A DNA stretch of 46,166 nucleotides from a phage, in NCBI GenBank assembly GCA_017760785.1, contig GCA_017760785.1_4320.1. The stretch is one strand, 5' to 3'. Below, piece by piece: positions 37,201 to 44,752 of the stretch. Within the stretch, counting starts at the first letter, position 1. Every line of letters begins with the position of its first letter. The notes beneath the pieces are model-generated. The model was not told the DNA's origin and made no database searches. It was given only the letters and a program-made list of their open reading frames with translations. Position numbers and translations under genes: made by a program.

Positions 37201-37691
37201 CCAATGCAACATCCACTGGCGTGCAGTACGGAATTAGTCTTGGACTGAAATACAACGGCCGGACTTACTCTTCAGGTATGAGCATGGAGCTTGTTGGCAC
37301 TGGTGGCAATGTTCGCAGTCAGTTCATCTTTGACGCAAATAGATTCGCTATCAGTAACGGTATTGGTTCTGGTTCCGGTCAGTGGCAACTCCCCTTCGTT
37401 GTCGAGAACGGAGACGTAATCATCCAGAGCGCCGTGATCAAGGATGGATCAATCAGTAACGCGAAGATTGGTAACTTTATTCAGTCAAACAACTACGTTG
37501 CAGGAAGTACAGGCTGGAGGATTGATAAATCAGGAAGTGCAGAGCTAAGCAACGCCACTGTAAGGGGTAATCTTTACGCTAACAATGGTAACTTCGCTTT
37601 CAATGGAACCAATAACACGGTTCAGATTAACGGGAATGGAATCACGGTAAACCTACCAAATGGTGGTCGTGTTGTTGTAGGTACGTTCTAA
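34266..37691 (+). CDS. tail tip/host specificity protein, lambda gpJ-like
   Basis: 1141 aa; position after K and I. Confidence 0.85.
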   Translation: MAQMIKTNMGLCDMAEEIKIYGAKGGSQKQRQPVEQEDNLISLNKVKVLLAVADGEVDPNFSMKDLYLADVPVQNQNGTYNYEGVRAEFRAGTQYQDYIAGLDGANSEIQASREITNDTPYIIAVNNTQLSAIRVKLYWPRLVKQESNGDLNGTTCEYAIDLSVNGGAYQEYTSGVANGKTTTGYDRSIRVNLPAEFDSALVRIRKITADSTSSTLVNGMQITTYQEVIDAKFRYPLTALVYVEFGSDLFPNGIPTISIKKRWKLIQVPTNYNTETRTYSGTWNGLFKMAWSNNPAWVLYDLVTNRRYGLDQRELGVEIDKWGLYEAAQFCDQMVPDGKGGMEPRYLCDMVVQNKVEAYTLIRDICSIFRGLTFYDGEKIGIVVDKPRNPSYIFTNDNIVNGLFSRTFASDKSLYTTANVQFDDVENNYQQDVEPVFELEATRRFGFNPVDLTAIGCTRRSEANRRGRWLLKTNLRSETISFTTGLEGMIPMIGEVIAVNDAAWSSNYQLNLSGRIESVQGLQVFTPFKVDAVPGDRILLNKPDGIPEARTIASVSEDGRTINLNTAFSFVAQPDTVFAIDKDNLALQQYVVTGIQKADSDGSDSFQYTITAVEYDPNKYDEIDYGVNIVDRPTSIVEPDRLSPPENLTVSSYSKVVQGLSVETMVIGWDKAPYAKTYNVQWRKENGNWINVPRTASTEVDIEGIYAGIYDVRVRSVSDTENVSAWSGVVTKSLTGKIGKPPKLKVITASDDEVFGIRVKWGFADGSGDTSYTELQQVTDNGDGTYNPDNASLLTLVPYPQYEYWHAPIQPGNVIWYRARIIDRIGNTSDWTDFVRGMSTDDAQKIAEYIKVDIEQSEGFKYLEQNAIKKNQEIQNQAESILENALANDGDVRRMTKENGKRKAEYVQAVNLIADETQARVEALTQLKAQIDNEIVGQITTIETALATETEARATADTALSARLGQNEAALNQKLDAFSNATSTGVQYGISLGLKYNGRTYSSGMSMELVGTGGNVRSQFIFDANRFAISNGIGSGSGQWQLPFVVENGDVIIQSAVIKDGSISNAKIGNFIQSNNYVAGSTGWRIDKSGSAELSNATVRGNLYANNGNFAFNGTNNTVQINGNGITVNLPNGGRVVVGTF

Positions 37692-37722
37692 AATAAAAGC
37701 CCCGAAAGGGGCTTTATCTTTA
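37690..37722. terminator. bidirectional terminator between gpJ-like gene and minus-strand cassette
   Basis: GCCCC-GAAA-GGGGC flanked by A-run and T-run. Confidence 0.7.
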
Positions 37723-38679
37723 TTAGTACATGTTTGGTATGTATGGCAGCTGCATTGATATGTTTGTATTAAATGGAAATTGTGCGCCAGTCTGTGTTGA
37801 ATAGTTTCCAATTACACTACCAAGCTCCGACCTGACAGATCCATTAGACATTACGACACCTTTGTATCTAAGGTTGTTATATCCGCCAGTTACGCGAGTG
37901 TAAGCGCCAGTCCTAAGTATCGGGAAGTATCCATTACCTATCGACTGAAATGAGTTTGATATCTGAATGAATCCACCCAACACAAAAGGCCTTTTAACAG
38001 TAGAGAATACAACCTGGCCGGCCGGGTTTACTATTGTTATGCCTGGCCCGCCAACTGGTGCGGTGTTGTTGAATATAACCAAATCAACGACAACTGATGC
38101 CGAAACGTTATCTATGCCGCCGTATGTGTTATCCCTGCACAGAAGCCTGGTTCCATCAAACTCGAGCGTAACATTTGGATTACTCCATCTACCAAAAGGG
38201 ATTCCAGTTATTGGTAGTGTATAGCTGCCGTTTACAGTAACCCTTCCAACAAACTGTGCTGTCATCAGCCTTGAATTTGTCGTTATAGATACAAAGTCAG
38301 TTGAGTTAGCAACCAGTATACCTTGCCCAGTCGATGCTCCAGTTATCTCGAAGCAGTTGCCAGAGAAGTTTATCAGCCTTCCATTTGCGCCGTTAAAGTT
38401 GCTAATGTTTATTCTTCCCTGCGTATTTGATACCCTCTGGAATCCATTCATATAATAAACTTCCGGTATAACATCGAAATCGATAACTTCAACCGCCTTT
38501 ATTGGTAAAGCGAATGCTGTTGATCCATTAGTTTGGTTAAGCCCAAATGTCAACCCCCCAGATTCAGAAGCAAATTTTGTAGTTGGAATAGAACCGGTCA
38601 CATTAGGTGCTCTTAATCCAGCTGTTATATGCATTGCAGGTCTACCATCATTTAGATCGATTAAAATACCCTGAGGCAT
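37723..38679 (-). CDS. hypothetical Asn/Gly/Thr-rich protein, coupled to Cor-like gene
   Basis: 318 aa from ATG 38679 (TAATG overlap with upstream stop). Confidence 0.5.
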   Translation of the reverse strand: MPQGILIDLNDGRPAMHITAGLRAPNVTGSIPTTKFASESGGLTFGLNQTNGSTAFALPIKAVEVIDFDVIPEVYYMNGFQRVSNTQGRINISNFNGANGRLINFSGNCFEITGASTGQGILVANSTDFVSITTNSRLMTAQFVGRVTVNGSYTLPITGIPFGRWSNPNVTLEFDGTRLLCRDNTYGGIDNVSASVVVDLVIFNNTAPVGGPGITIVNPAGQVVFSTVKRPFVLGGFIQISNSFQSIGNGYFPILRTGAYTRVTGGYNNLRYKGVVMSNGSVRSELGSVIGNYSTQTGAQFPFNTNISMQLPYIPNMY

Positions 38680-38921
38680 TATTTCCACTCCTTAGAACCA
38701 TGGTCTTTAACTGAGCCACCGTAACCGCCACCAGTAGCCTTAATTCCATCGTAGCGCACGTCAACTTCTCCAGCCGGTACAACCACACCACTTTTCCATT
38801 TAGCCACGCACACGCCATTTGCTTGCGTTGCACACCAGCCATCCGTACGTGGACCAGAAGAGCAACCTACCATCATGATTGCTGCTGCGGCGATGATTGC
38901 TGATTTGATGAAGTTAGTCAT
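38679..38921 (-). CDS. small lipoprotein, Cor-like superinfection-exclusion candidate
   Basis: 80 aa from ATG 38921 (GAGGTA SD); signal peptide with MVGC lipobox-like site. Confidence 0.5.
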   Translation of the reverse strand: MTNFIKSAIIAAAAIMMVGCSSGPRTDGWCATQANGVCVAKWKSGVVVPAGEVDVRYDGIKATGGGYGGSVKDHGSKEWK

Positions 38922-38960
38922 TTTATATACCTCATTAAGTTTTTTCGTTTCGATGGAGTA

Positions 38961-39003
38961 ATAGTACCGCATCCTTGCGGATTGTCTTTAGCAAACCGTG
39001 CTA
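38961..39003 (-). promoter_or_regulatory. motif-type promoter (TAGCACGGTTTGCTAA, 21 bp, TACTAT)
   Basis: minus strand; CCATCGAAACGAAAAA leader before Cor-like gene. Confidence 0.5.
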
Positions 39004-39677
39004 TTCGCAATAAATACAGCTCTTGCAAATCCACGAGGTGTAAGGCTGCGAATTACCTTTGTTTTCTTGCTCTTGCCTCCCAGCTTCTTGTATTGTTCAG
39101 AGAATCCATCGTCAACGACCACATTGATCGCCTCAGGCCAATTAAAGCCATTACCTGACCAGATGCATGTCTTCTTAGGATATGCGTCGCGAGGCTTTAT
39201 TAGGTCGCTAAAAAACGGGTGTAAATCATCTTCAGGCAAGTATCCACCAAACTCGTAAGGGTGGAGTGTATTGTCAGGTTTTCGCCAAAGAGATGAAAGC
39301 ACGCTAATTGGGTTCTCAATCATATAAGGTACGCCGTACTTCTCAGCCAGGTTAAAAGCAACCTTGCAAGTCTCTGCCGCCTCAATTTGAAAATTAGGAT
39401 TGGCCAGGCGCTTGCGATCAAAGTGTCTTGACCCACTCACGGCTAAATCAGTGCATGGGGGGAATGCCATGATAAAATCAGGCTTCACATCAAAATAAAA
39501 ATTGGCATCTATCCATGCGTTAACGTAGGTGATGTTCTCATGCTCAAATTTTGCATTTAAGTCACCATAGCTCCCGTGGTCAGACTCATCAAAGTTGAAG
39601 CAGTAGCAAGTATGTCCGGCTTCAGCCCAATCCTTTACAGCCAGACCAGAACCATCAAATAAAGACCAGATAACCAT
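38988..39677 (-). CDS. compact DNA C5-cytosine methyltransferase-like protein
   Basis: FDGSG, FPPCT, ENP motifs at C5-MTase-like spacing; ATG 39677 (alternative TTG 39710 lies inside the -10). Confidence 0.5.
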   Translation of the reverse strand: MVIWSLFDGSGLAVKDWAEAGHTCYCFNFDESDHGSYGDLNAKFEHENITYVNAWIDANFYFDVKPDFIMAFPPCTDLAVSGSRHFDRKRLANPNFQIEAAETCKVAFNLAEKYGVPYMIENPISVLSSLWRKPDNTLHPYEFGGYLPEDDLHPFFSDLIKPRDAYPKKTCIWSGNGFNWPEAINVVVDDGFSEQYKKLGGKSKKTKVIRSLTPRGFARAVFIANSTVC

Positions 39678-39711
39678 TTTTAAATCCTCTATCGTTGCTT
39701 GTGTGACCAAC

Positions 39712-39751
39712 TATACCAGGTTTTGCGGATTAGTTTTAGCTATTCGTGCCA
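39712..39751 (-). promoter_or_regulatory. variant motif promoter (TGGCACGAATAGCTAA, 20 bp, TGgTATAGT)
   Basis: minus strand; spacer shares AATCCGCAA with 38961-39003 promoter. Confidence 0.5.
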
Positions 39752-39789
39752 TTGCATACACGTAACCGTTGTAACTAGATGTATACAAT

Positions 39790-40110
39790 CTCATCCGCGG
39801 AAAATGATATACGCGATATTACGCCAATTTACGCATTGGTTACATTAAAATATCTATATATATCAACACTTTACTCTTATTATTATTATTATATATATTA
39901 CTGTGTATATCATGTAACTACTTCTATAGAGTGTTCCGGTTATAATTTTCTAATATGTACATTTATACAGTATCTAGCGACAAGCATACCAATGCACCAA
40001 CCCCCGCGAGAAATGGTATACACTATATACACACTGGTTACATTGAGCTATGCCTCGGATGGGATGCCAAAAAGCGTAACTAACGCCAATATCTACACAT
40101 AATTACAATG
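39790..40110. repeat. AT-rich divergent control element, copy 2
   Basis: shares ATATCTATATATA, (TAT)5 at 39878-39892, TATTACTGTGTATATCATGTAAC and GCCAAAAAGCGTAAC...CGCCAATAT blocks with copy 1. Confidence 0.7.
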
Positions 40111-40135
40111 ATTCACACGTAAGTCTGAATCAACG

Positions 40136-40179
40136 ATTGGATAAACCAATTGGACTGTCTATGGTGCTGAATATATAGT
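40136..40179 (+). promoter_or_regulatory. alternative palindrome ATTGGATAAACCAAT upstream of TATAGT
   Basis: perfect 5-N5-5 inverted repeat at same distance from -10 as TAGCA palindromes. Confidence 0.45.
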
Positions 40180-40218
40180 TAACCCATCGAAAGCAAACAA
40201 CCACAGAGAGATACAGAA

Positions 40219-40413
40219 ATGACCTACTACATTATCAAAGAGAAAAACAACGCACTGTTCTGCGACTGCTACTTTGGTGGCCCAGCCGGATACACCACAG
40301 ATAAGAACGAGGCTGACAGATTCGAGACAAAAGAAAGAGCCAGAGATTTTCTGACTGGTTACCTCACTGAGGAAGATTTAAAGTCGGTTAAAGTAGTTAA
40401 GGTTAAGGGGTGA
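40219..40413 (+). CDS. hypothetical protein
   Basis: 64-aa ORF after ATTGG palindrome promoter. Confidence 0.45.
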   Translation: MTYYIIKEKNNALFCDCYFGGPAGYTTDKNEADRFETKERARDFLTGYLTEEDLKSVKVVKVKG

Positions 40414-40416
40414 AAC

Positions 40417-40578
40417 ATGAAGATAAAGGTGTTTATAACTGAAGAAGAGATGCAGCAGCTAGGCGCTAATACGGACGTTGATGTTGCTAAAATCATAACG
40501 TATGATCTTAAAAACAGTGATTGCTATGATGAGTTTCCATATCCTGACTTTCGAGTTATTGTTAACATAGAGGATTGA
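40417..40578 (+). CDS. hypothetical 53-aa protein
   Basis: hand-translated ORF between track ORFs. Confidence 0.35.
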   Translation: MKIKVFITEEEMQQLGANTDVDVAKIITYDLKNSDCYDEFPYPDFRVIVNIED

Positions 40579-40581
40579 TAT

Positions 40582-41547
40582 ATGTCTTTTAAAGTCTACA
40601 CGCGAGAAGAGTTAAGCAACGAGGATTACCACTCAGAGCAAGACCACATCTCCGGTAGCTCGCTTGTTGAGATTATCCAGGGCTCACCAGCTAAGTGGAA
40701 ATTTAAACAGCGCAATAGCGATAGCAAGGCTCTTAAGTTTGGCACGCTGAGTCACATGTATATCCTCGAAGGTGACATGTTTGATAAAGAGTATCTTAGA
40801 GCAACAGACCTTGATGCGATTGAGGGCTTAATTACAAGCCAGGCTGGATTATCGGCAGCGCTTAAAAAAGTTGGTGTAGCCGGCACATCCGGGAAGGGCT
40901 ATAGCGAGCTAGTAGAGATGATGTATCGCTCTGGTGAGGATTGGGATGTTAAATGGCTAATTGAGCAGCAGGAAAGCGCTCAGGCTCTTGTAGAGGGTAA
41001 GGAGCTGGTTAGCGCAGCAGACTATGACAAGGTTGTAGCTATGCGTGAAGTTCTTTGCAATATCCCGGCATATAATGCAATCGTGAACAGTGAGACGGCT
41101 CAGAAAGAGTTATCGATCTTCGGTGAGATTCTAGGTGTTGGGGTTAAGATCCGAATCGACCATGTTGATGTTATTGATGGCGTTGTCAGGATCACAGATT
41201 ACAAAACGACCGCAGATGCAAGCCCTGAAGGATTTGGTAAGTCAGCATTCAATCACGGATATCTTGCAAAAATGGCACTTCAGCGCGATCTGTTTGTGAA
41301 GGCATTCAACGAGAAACGAAAGGTTGTTGTAGGATTACTGGCGCAGGAGAAGGTAGAGCCATATTTACCAATGCTGTACACCTTGACGGACGAACAGCTA
41401 CGAATTGGCCGCTTGCAGTATCTTGAGGCGCTTGCCACATACAAGAAGTGTAAGGAGCTAGATATCTGGCCTGGATATTCGAACGGCATTGCAGAGCAAG
41501 AGCTATTAGTTCCTGAGTGGGCGATTAAACAATATAGAGAGATATAA
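40582..41547 (+). CDS. PD-(D/E)xK recombination exonuclease
   Basis: RIDHVDVIDG...ITDYKT motif; adjacent to erf and ssb. Confidence 0.6.
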   Translation: MSFKVYTREELSNEDYHSEQDHISGSSLVEIIQGSPAKWKFKQRNSDSKALKFGTLSHMYILEGDMFDKEYLRATDLDAIEGLITSQAGLSAALKKVGVAGTSGKGYSELVEMMYRSGEDWDVKWLIEQQESAQALVEGKELVSAADYDKVVAMREVLCNIPAYNAIVNSETAQKELSIFGEILGVGVKIRIDHVDVIDGVVRITDYKTTADASPEGFGKSAFNHGYLAKMALQRDLFVKAFNEKRKVVVGLLAQEKVEPYLPMLYTLTDEQLRIGRLQYLEALATYKKCKELDIWPGYSNGIAEQELLVPEWAIKQYREI

Positions 41548-41548
41548 A

Positions 41549-42013
41549 ATGAACAAAGATTGCTGGCAGACTCCTTTAGAGTTATTCAAACAACTAGATG
41601 ATAAATACAACTTCGAGGTTGACGTATGCGCCAGCCAAGAAAACGCGCTTTGTGAATGTTTTTGGGCTGTAGATGATGACTGCCTGCAACAGGATTGGGG
41701 AGAAGGCAAAGGTTTTGTCTGGTGTAATCCACCATATAGCAATCCATTGCCATTTGTCGAAAAGTGCCAACAATACGGCTATGCAGTCATGCTGTTGAAT
41801 CAGGACACATCAACAAAATGGGCCAAGATAGTATTTGAAAAAGCGTCAAATGTTATACTTTTATCAGACAGGGTTAGGTTTATAAATCCAGTAACACTGG
41901 AGGTTGGTAAGTCAAATCCTAAATGCCAGATGATTGTGGTTTTCGACAAGAGTAGTAATTCTGGTGTTGATATAAGATGGTGCCCAATAAAAGAAATTCA
42001 TAAGCACATCTAA
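41549..42013 (+). CDS. dam: DNA N6-adenine methyltransferase (Dam-like)
   Basis: NPPY motif and N-terminal WQTP; 154 aa. Confidence 0.8.
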   Translation: MNKDCWQTPLELFKQLDDKYNFEVDVCASQENALCECFWAVDDDCLQQDWGEGKGFVWCNPPYSNPLPFVEKCQQYGYAVMLLNQDTSTKWAKIVFEKASNVILLSDRVRFINPVTLEVGKSNPKCQMIVVFDKSSNSGVDIRWCPIKEIHKHI

Positions 42014-42014
42014 A

Positions 42015-42057
42015 TAGCACGAATCGCTAAAGACAAAATTAAAAGGTGGGGTATGAT
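42015..42057 (+). promoter_or_regulatory. motif-type promoter (TAGCACGAATCGCTAA, TATGAT)
   Basis: after dam stop; precedes erf region. Confidence 0.5.
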
Positions 42058-42088
42058 AACCATATCAACAACAAACGAGGTTAAAGTT

Positions 42089-42163
42089 ATGAATCTTCAC
42101 CCACTTACATATATCCACATTATCGCCTGGATCGTTTTATTCATTTACTTATTCAATCGATAA
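42089..42163 (+). CDS. 24-aa hydrophobic peptide (speculative)
   Basis: hand-translated MNLHPLTYIHIIAWIVLFIYLFNR; GAGGTT SD. Confidence 0.25.
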   Translation: MNLHPLTYIHIIAWIVLFIYLFNR

Positions 42164-42174
42164 GGATTTTAAAA

Positions 42175-42825
42175 ATGCAAATTTCAGAATCGTGCAAGTC
42201 AATTTTAAGCGCACTACACACTGCTAAATCGCTATTTGCGAAGGCTGAAAAGTCTAAGCAGAACTCTCACTTAAAGAATAATTACGCAACCTTAGAAGAC
42301 GTATTGGCCGCTGTTGAGCCTGGCTTGGACGAGTGTGGCTTGGTTATGTTCCAGAGCGTGCTTGATGATGAACAAACGAATCGTTTGAAGGTTGAGACAA
42401 AGCTATTTCACGCAGAATCTGGAGAGTGGGTTAGCTTCTTAATGATTGTCCCAATTAGTAAGAATGACGCGCAAGGTTACGGCTCAGCTTTAACATACGC
42501 TCGACGCTACGGAATCACGGCGGCATTGGGACTTAGCCAGGCAGATGATGATGGCAATCTCGCCGCTAAGGGTGTTAAGGATTTCAAGCGAGAGTTGGAG
42601 AAATGCAATACTCTTGATGAACTTCGTAACGTTTGGAAGGATGCCAAGCAATCACTCGACGCGGCAGGATGGAAGGTTTTTGAACCTCACATTATCGAGC
42701 GAAAGGCAGAGATTGAGGCAAATGCAGCAATTGGCTTCAACCCAGCAACACCAAAGAGAGTCACAGAAAAAAGTAGTCATAAAGAAAAGATTGAAGTAGA
42801 ATCACAACAAATTGACACATTCTAA
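42175..42825 (+). CDS. erf: Erf-family single-strand annealing protein
   Basis: GSALTYARRYG motif; neighbours exonuclease and SSB. Confidence 0.75.
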   Translation: MQISESCKSILSALHTAKSLFAKAEKSKQNSHLKNNYATLEDVLAAVEPGLDECGLVMFQSVLDDEQTNRLKVETKLFHAESGEWVSFLMIVPISKNDAQGYGSALTYARRYGITAALGLSQADDDGNLAAKGVKDFKRELEKCNTLDELRNVWKDAKQSLDAAGWKVFEPHIIERKAEIEANAAIGFNPATPKRVTEKSSHKEKIEVESQQIDTF

Positions 42826-42866
42826 ATTTAACGGGGCTTCGGCCCCAGCAATAGAGAGATAAAAAC

Positions 42867-43292
42867 ATGCACGTAATTACTGGTCAGATTCGCCGCGCTC
42901 CATTCACTAAAGAAGGTCAGAATGCTAATGGTGCCTGGAAAATGTTTGCGGTTGATTTGAGTGAGCGATACAAAGATAAAGATGGTCAGACTCAGTATAG
43001 TAACTATCGCGCCGTCTTCTTCGCTAAAGAGTCAATGCTAGATTGGTACAATGAAGCATTTCAAGAGGGTAAAGTTGTTAGCGTTATCGCGGAGACTCTT
43101 TCTGTTGATGTTAGGGATAAGGATGGCAAGACTTACGTTACTATCAATATGAACAATCCTCGACTTGAATTTAGTCATCGAGGTTACTCGGCACCACAAC
43201 AGCAGCAGCAAGGACAGCAACAGCAACCTCAACCTCAACAGCAGAGACATCCACAACCACAGCAGCAGTTTGATTCGGATATTCCATTCTGA
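42867..43292 (+). CDS. ssb: single-stranded DNA-binding protein
   Basis: Q/P-rich linker and C-terminal DSDIPF tail. Confidence 0.8.
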   Translation: MHVITGQIRRAPFTKEGQNANGAWKMFAVDLSERYKDKDGQTQYSNYRAVFFAKESMLDWYNEAFQEGKVVSVIAETLSVDVRDKDGKTYVTINMNNPRLEFSHRGYSAPQQQQQGQQQQPQPQQQRHPQPQQQFDSDIPF

Positions 43293-43304
43293 TTGGTGAA
43301 CAAA

Positions 43305-43332
43305 TAAGGAGCCTTGTGGCTCCTTTTTTTAT
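43305..43332. terminator. bidirectional terminator between ssb and tail fibre gene
   Basis: AGGAGCC-TTGT-GGCTCCT flanked by A-rich and T-run. Confidence 0.7.
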
Positions 43333-44663
43333 TTGTTATCAATCAAACTATTAATCAATAATTTAAGTTCACCAACCTCAACCTCAAGATTTTCAATTCT
43401 TTTCTTTGCTTCTTCGCTTTCACTTATTGTCACCTTTAGTGCACAAATGGCATCTAAAAGAAGCGCGTTCTGATCAAGAACCAGCCTCTCTCTGAACTCA
43501 GAACTACCAATTTTAACTCCATCATCATCTAAGATATCATTGCCTAATGGCTCAAATGTGTGCTTCACATACTGAGGGTCTATTTTTTCTATCTGTTGAG
43601 CTATAACGCCACGCCTCTCTCTTTTCTTTTCATCATCCTTAAACTTGAATGTAACAAGTTCCATTTTTTTAATGTTATAGACAGATTGCAATCCATCATA
43701 ATTAGATATATCAGTTTTGTAGTTAATGTCAGAAGTTCCTTGCAGCGCCAAGGTTCCTCCTGATGTTGGGAAGTTTATGATATATTGCCCATTATTGTTA
43801 TCAAGATTTCTCGTTGCAAGGTAAAACCCACCAGTTGGTGATATCTCAAAAACCCTTCTAGAACCAACGACATTTGACCCCGATGATGTTAGTGTAATGT
43901 TTGTGTATTCATTACTTATACAGAAAACATTATTACATGAAACTCTACCAGTAGTTGAGACCCCTCTGAATTCAACGTTATCAGTTGTAGACAACTGTAA
44001 GTTAGACCTTGCGGCTGCTTTATCCGGTATGTCCTGGAGATTCTTATCTTTAGCCAGAAAGAGGTCTGGATTAATGCTGTCAGCGTAACCTTTTGCGTTC
44101 GTTTCTGATGTTTTAGCTGCGTTCTGAGATGCAAGTGCCGCCGATGCTGAGTTAGCAGCGGCAGTCTGTGAAGCAGATGCGGCATTCTTACTTGCAAGAG
44201 CTGCCGCCGCAGAACCAGCTGCCGCCGTAGCAGAATCAGCTGCCGCATTTTTGCTTGCGTCTGCCGCCGCAGCGTCAGCCGTGACTTTTTCAGTCGTTAA
44301 TTTAAATTGCTCCCAATCAAATGTTTTGAAAAAATCAATTGCTTCCGCAACCTCAGTTTCTTTTCCCTGGTAGTATCGCAGTGTTTCAGCCACATCCTGG
44401 GCCAGCCCGTCAACCGTGATTGAATCGTGAAGAAGAATGACGTACTGAGATCCGGCGGGAACTACAGCGCCGTTTGTTGTCATTACCCGCAACTCCGTAT
44501 CACTAACTATTTCAGAGATCGTACCAATGGCCCCAACGACCGTAGGAAACATGATTGTTGCGCCAGCGCGGATCAGAGACAGCCTGTTTTGCCACTTAGT
44601 TCCTACGCCAATAGCAACGCCGTTTGAAGACAGTGATGCCGTCCCAGTTCTGTAAATTGCCAT
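43329..44663 (-). CDS. tail fibre protein, possible C-terminal chaperone domain
   Basis: ATG 44663 (track start 44711 lies inside palindrome); Ala-rich repeat region; C-terminal coiled coil. Confidence 0.65.
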   Translation of the reverse strand: MAIYRTGTASLSSNGVAIGVGTKWQNRLSLIRAGATIMFPTVVGAIGTISEIVSDTELRVMTTNGAVVPAGSQYVILLHDSITVDGLAQDVAETLRYYQGKETEVAEAIDFFKTFDWEQFKLTTEKVTADAAAADASKNAAADSATAAAGSAAAALASKNAASASQTAAANSASAALASQNAAKTSETNAKGYADSINPDLFLAKDKNLQDIPDKAAARSNLQLSTTDNVEFRGVSTTGRVSCNNVFCISNEYTNITLTSSGSNVVGSRRVFEISPTGGFYLATRNLDNNNGQYIINFPTSGGTLALQGTSDINYKTDISNYDGLQSVYNIKKMELVTFKFKDDEKKRERRGVIAQQIEKIDPQYVKHTFEPLGNDILDDDGVKIGSSEFRERLVLDQNALLLDAICALKVTISESEEAKKRIENLEVEVGELKLLINSLIDNK

Positions 44664-44688
44664 AATGTAAACCCCATATTTTGATTTA

Positions 44689-44704
44689 TAGCACGAATTG
44701 CTAA
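44689..44704 (-). promoter_or_regulatory. palindrome copy TAGCACGAATTGCTAA, 25 nt from tail-fibre ATG
   Basis: no room for standard -10 plus leader; may indicate leaderless start or other role. Confidence 0.35.
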
Positions 44705-44730
44705 AATTCATTCTACCATCTTCCAGGCAA

Positions 44731-44752
44731 TAAAAAACCTCCCTAGGGAGGT
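44731..44752 (-). terminator. minus-strand terminator after primase gene
   Basis: CCTCCC/GGGAGG palindrome with A-run on plus strand. Confidence 0.55.

Noticed and set aside
42833-42846. GGGGC-TTCG-GCCCC hairpin after erf as a terminator
   Set aside because: No U-tract follows, so not a canonical intrinsic terminator; possibly an RNA stability hairpin, but evidence is thin.
43198-43270. CAG/CAA-rich repeat as a microsatellite or mobile element
   Set aside because: In frame within ssb; encodes the Q/P-rich flexible linker before the acidic C-terminal tail.
43860-44300. GC-rich Ala-codon repeats on the minus strand as a repeat element
   Set aside because: They encode the Ala/Ser/Asn-rich repeat region of the tail-fibre shaft; coding repeats, not a non-coding element.
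3022-44704. Recurrent TAGCAC motif as a possible CRISPR array
   Set aside because: Copies are 15-16 bp, kilobases apart, irregularly spaced and each upstream of a gene; no repeat-spacer periodicity.
44689-44711. ATG at 44711 as tail-fibre start
   Set aside because: That ATG lies inside the palindromic motif; the downstream ATG at 44663 gives an MAIYRTG N-terminus, though it leaves almost no leader, so the true start remains uncertain.
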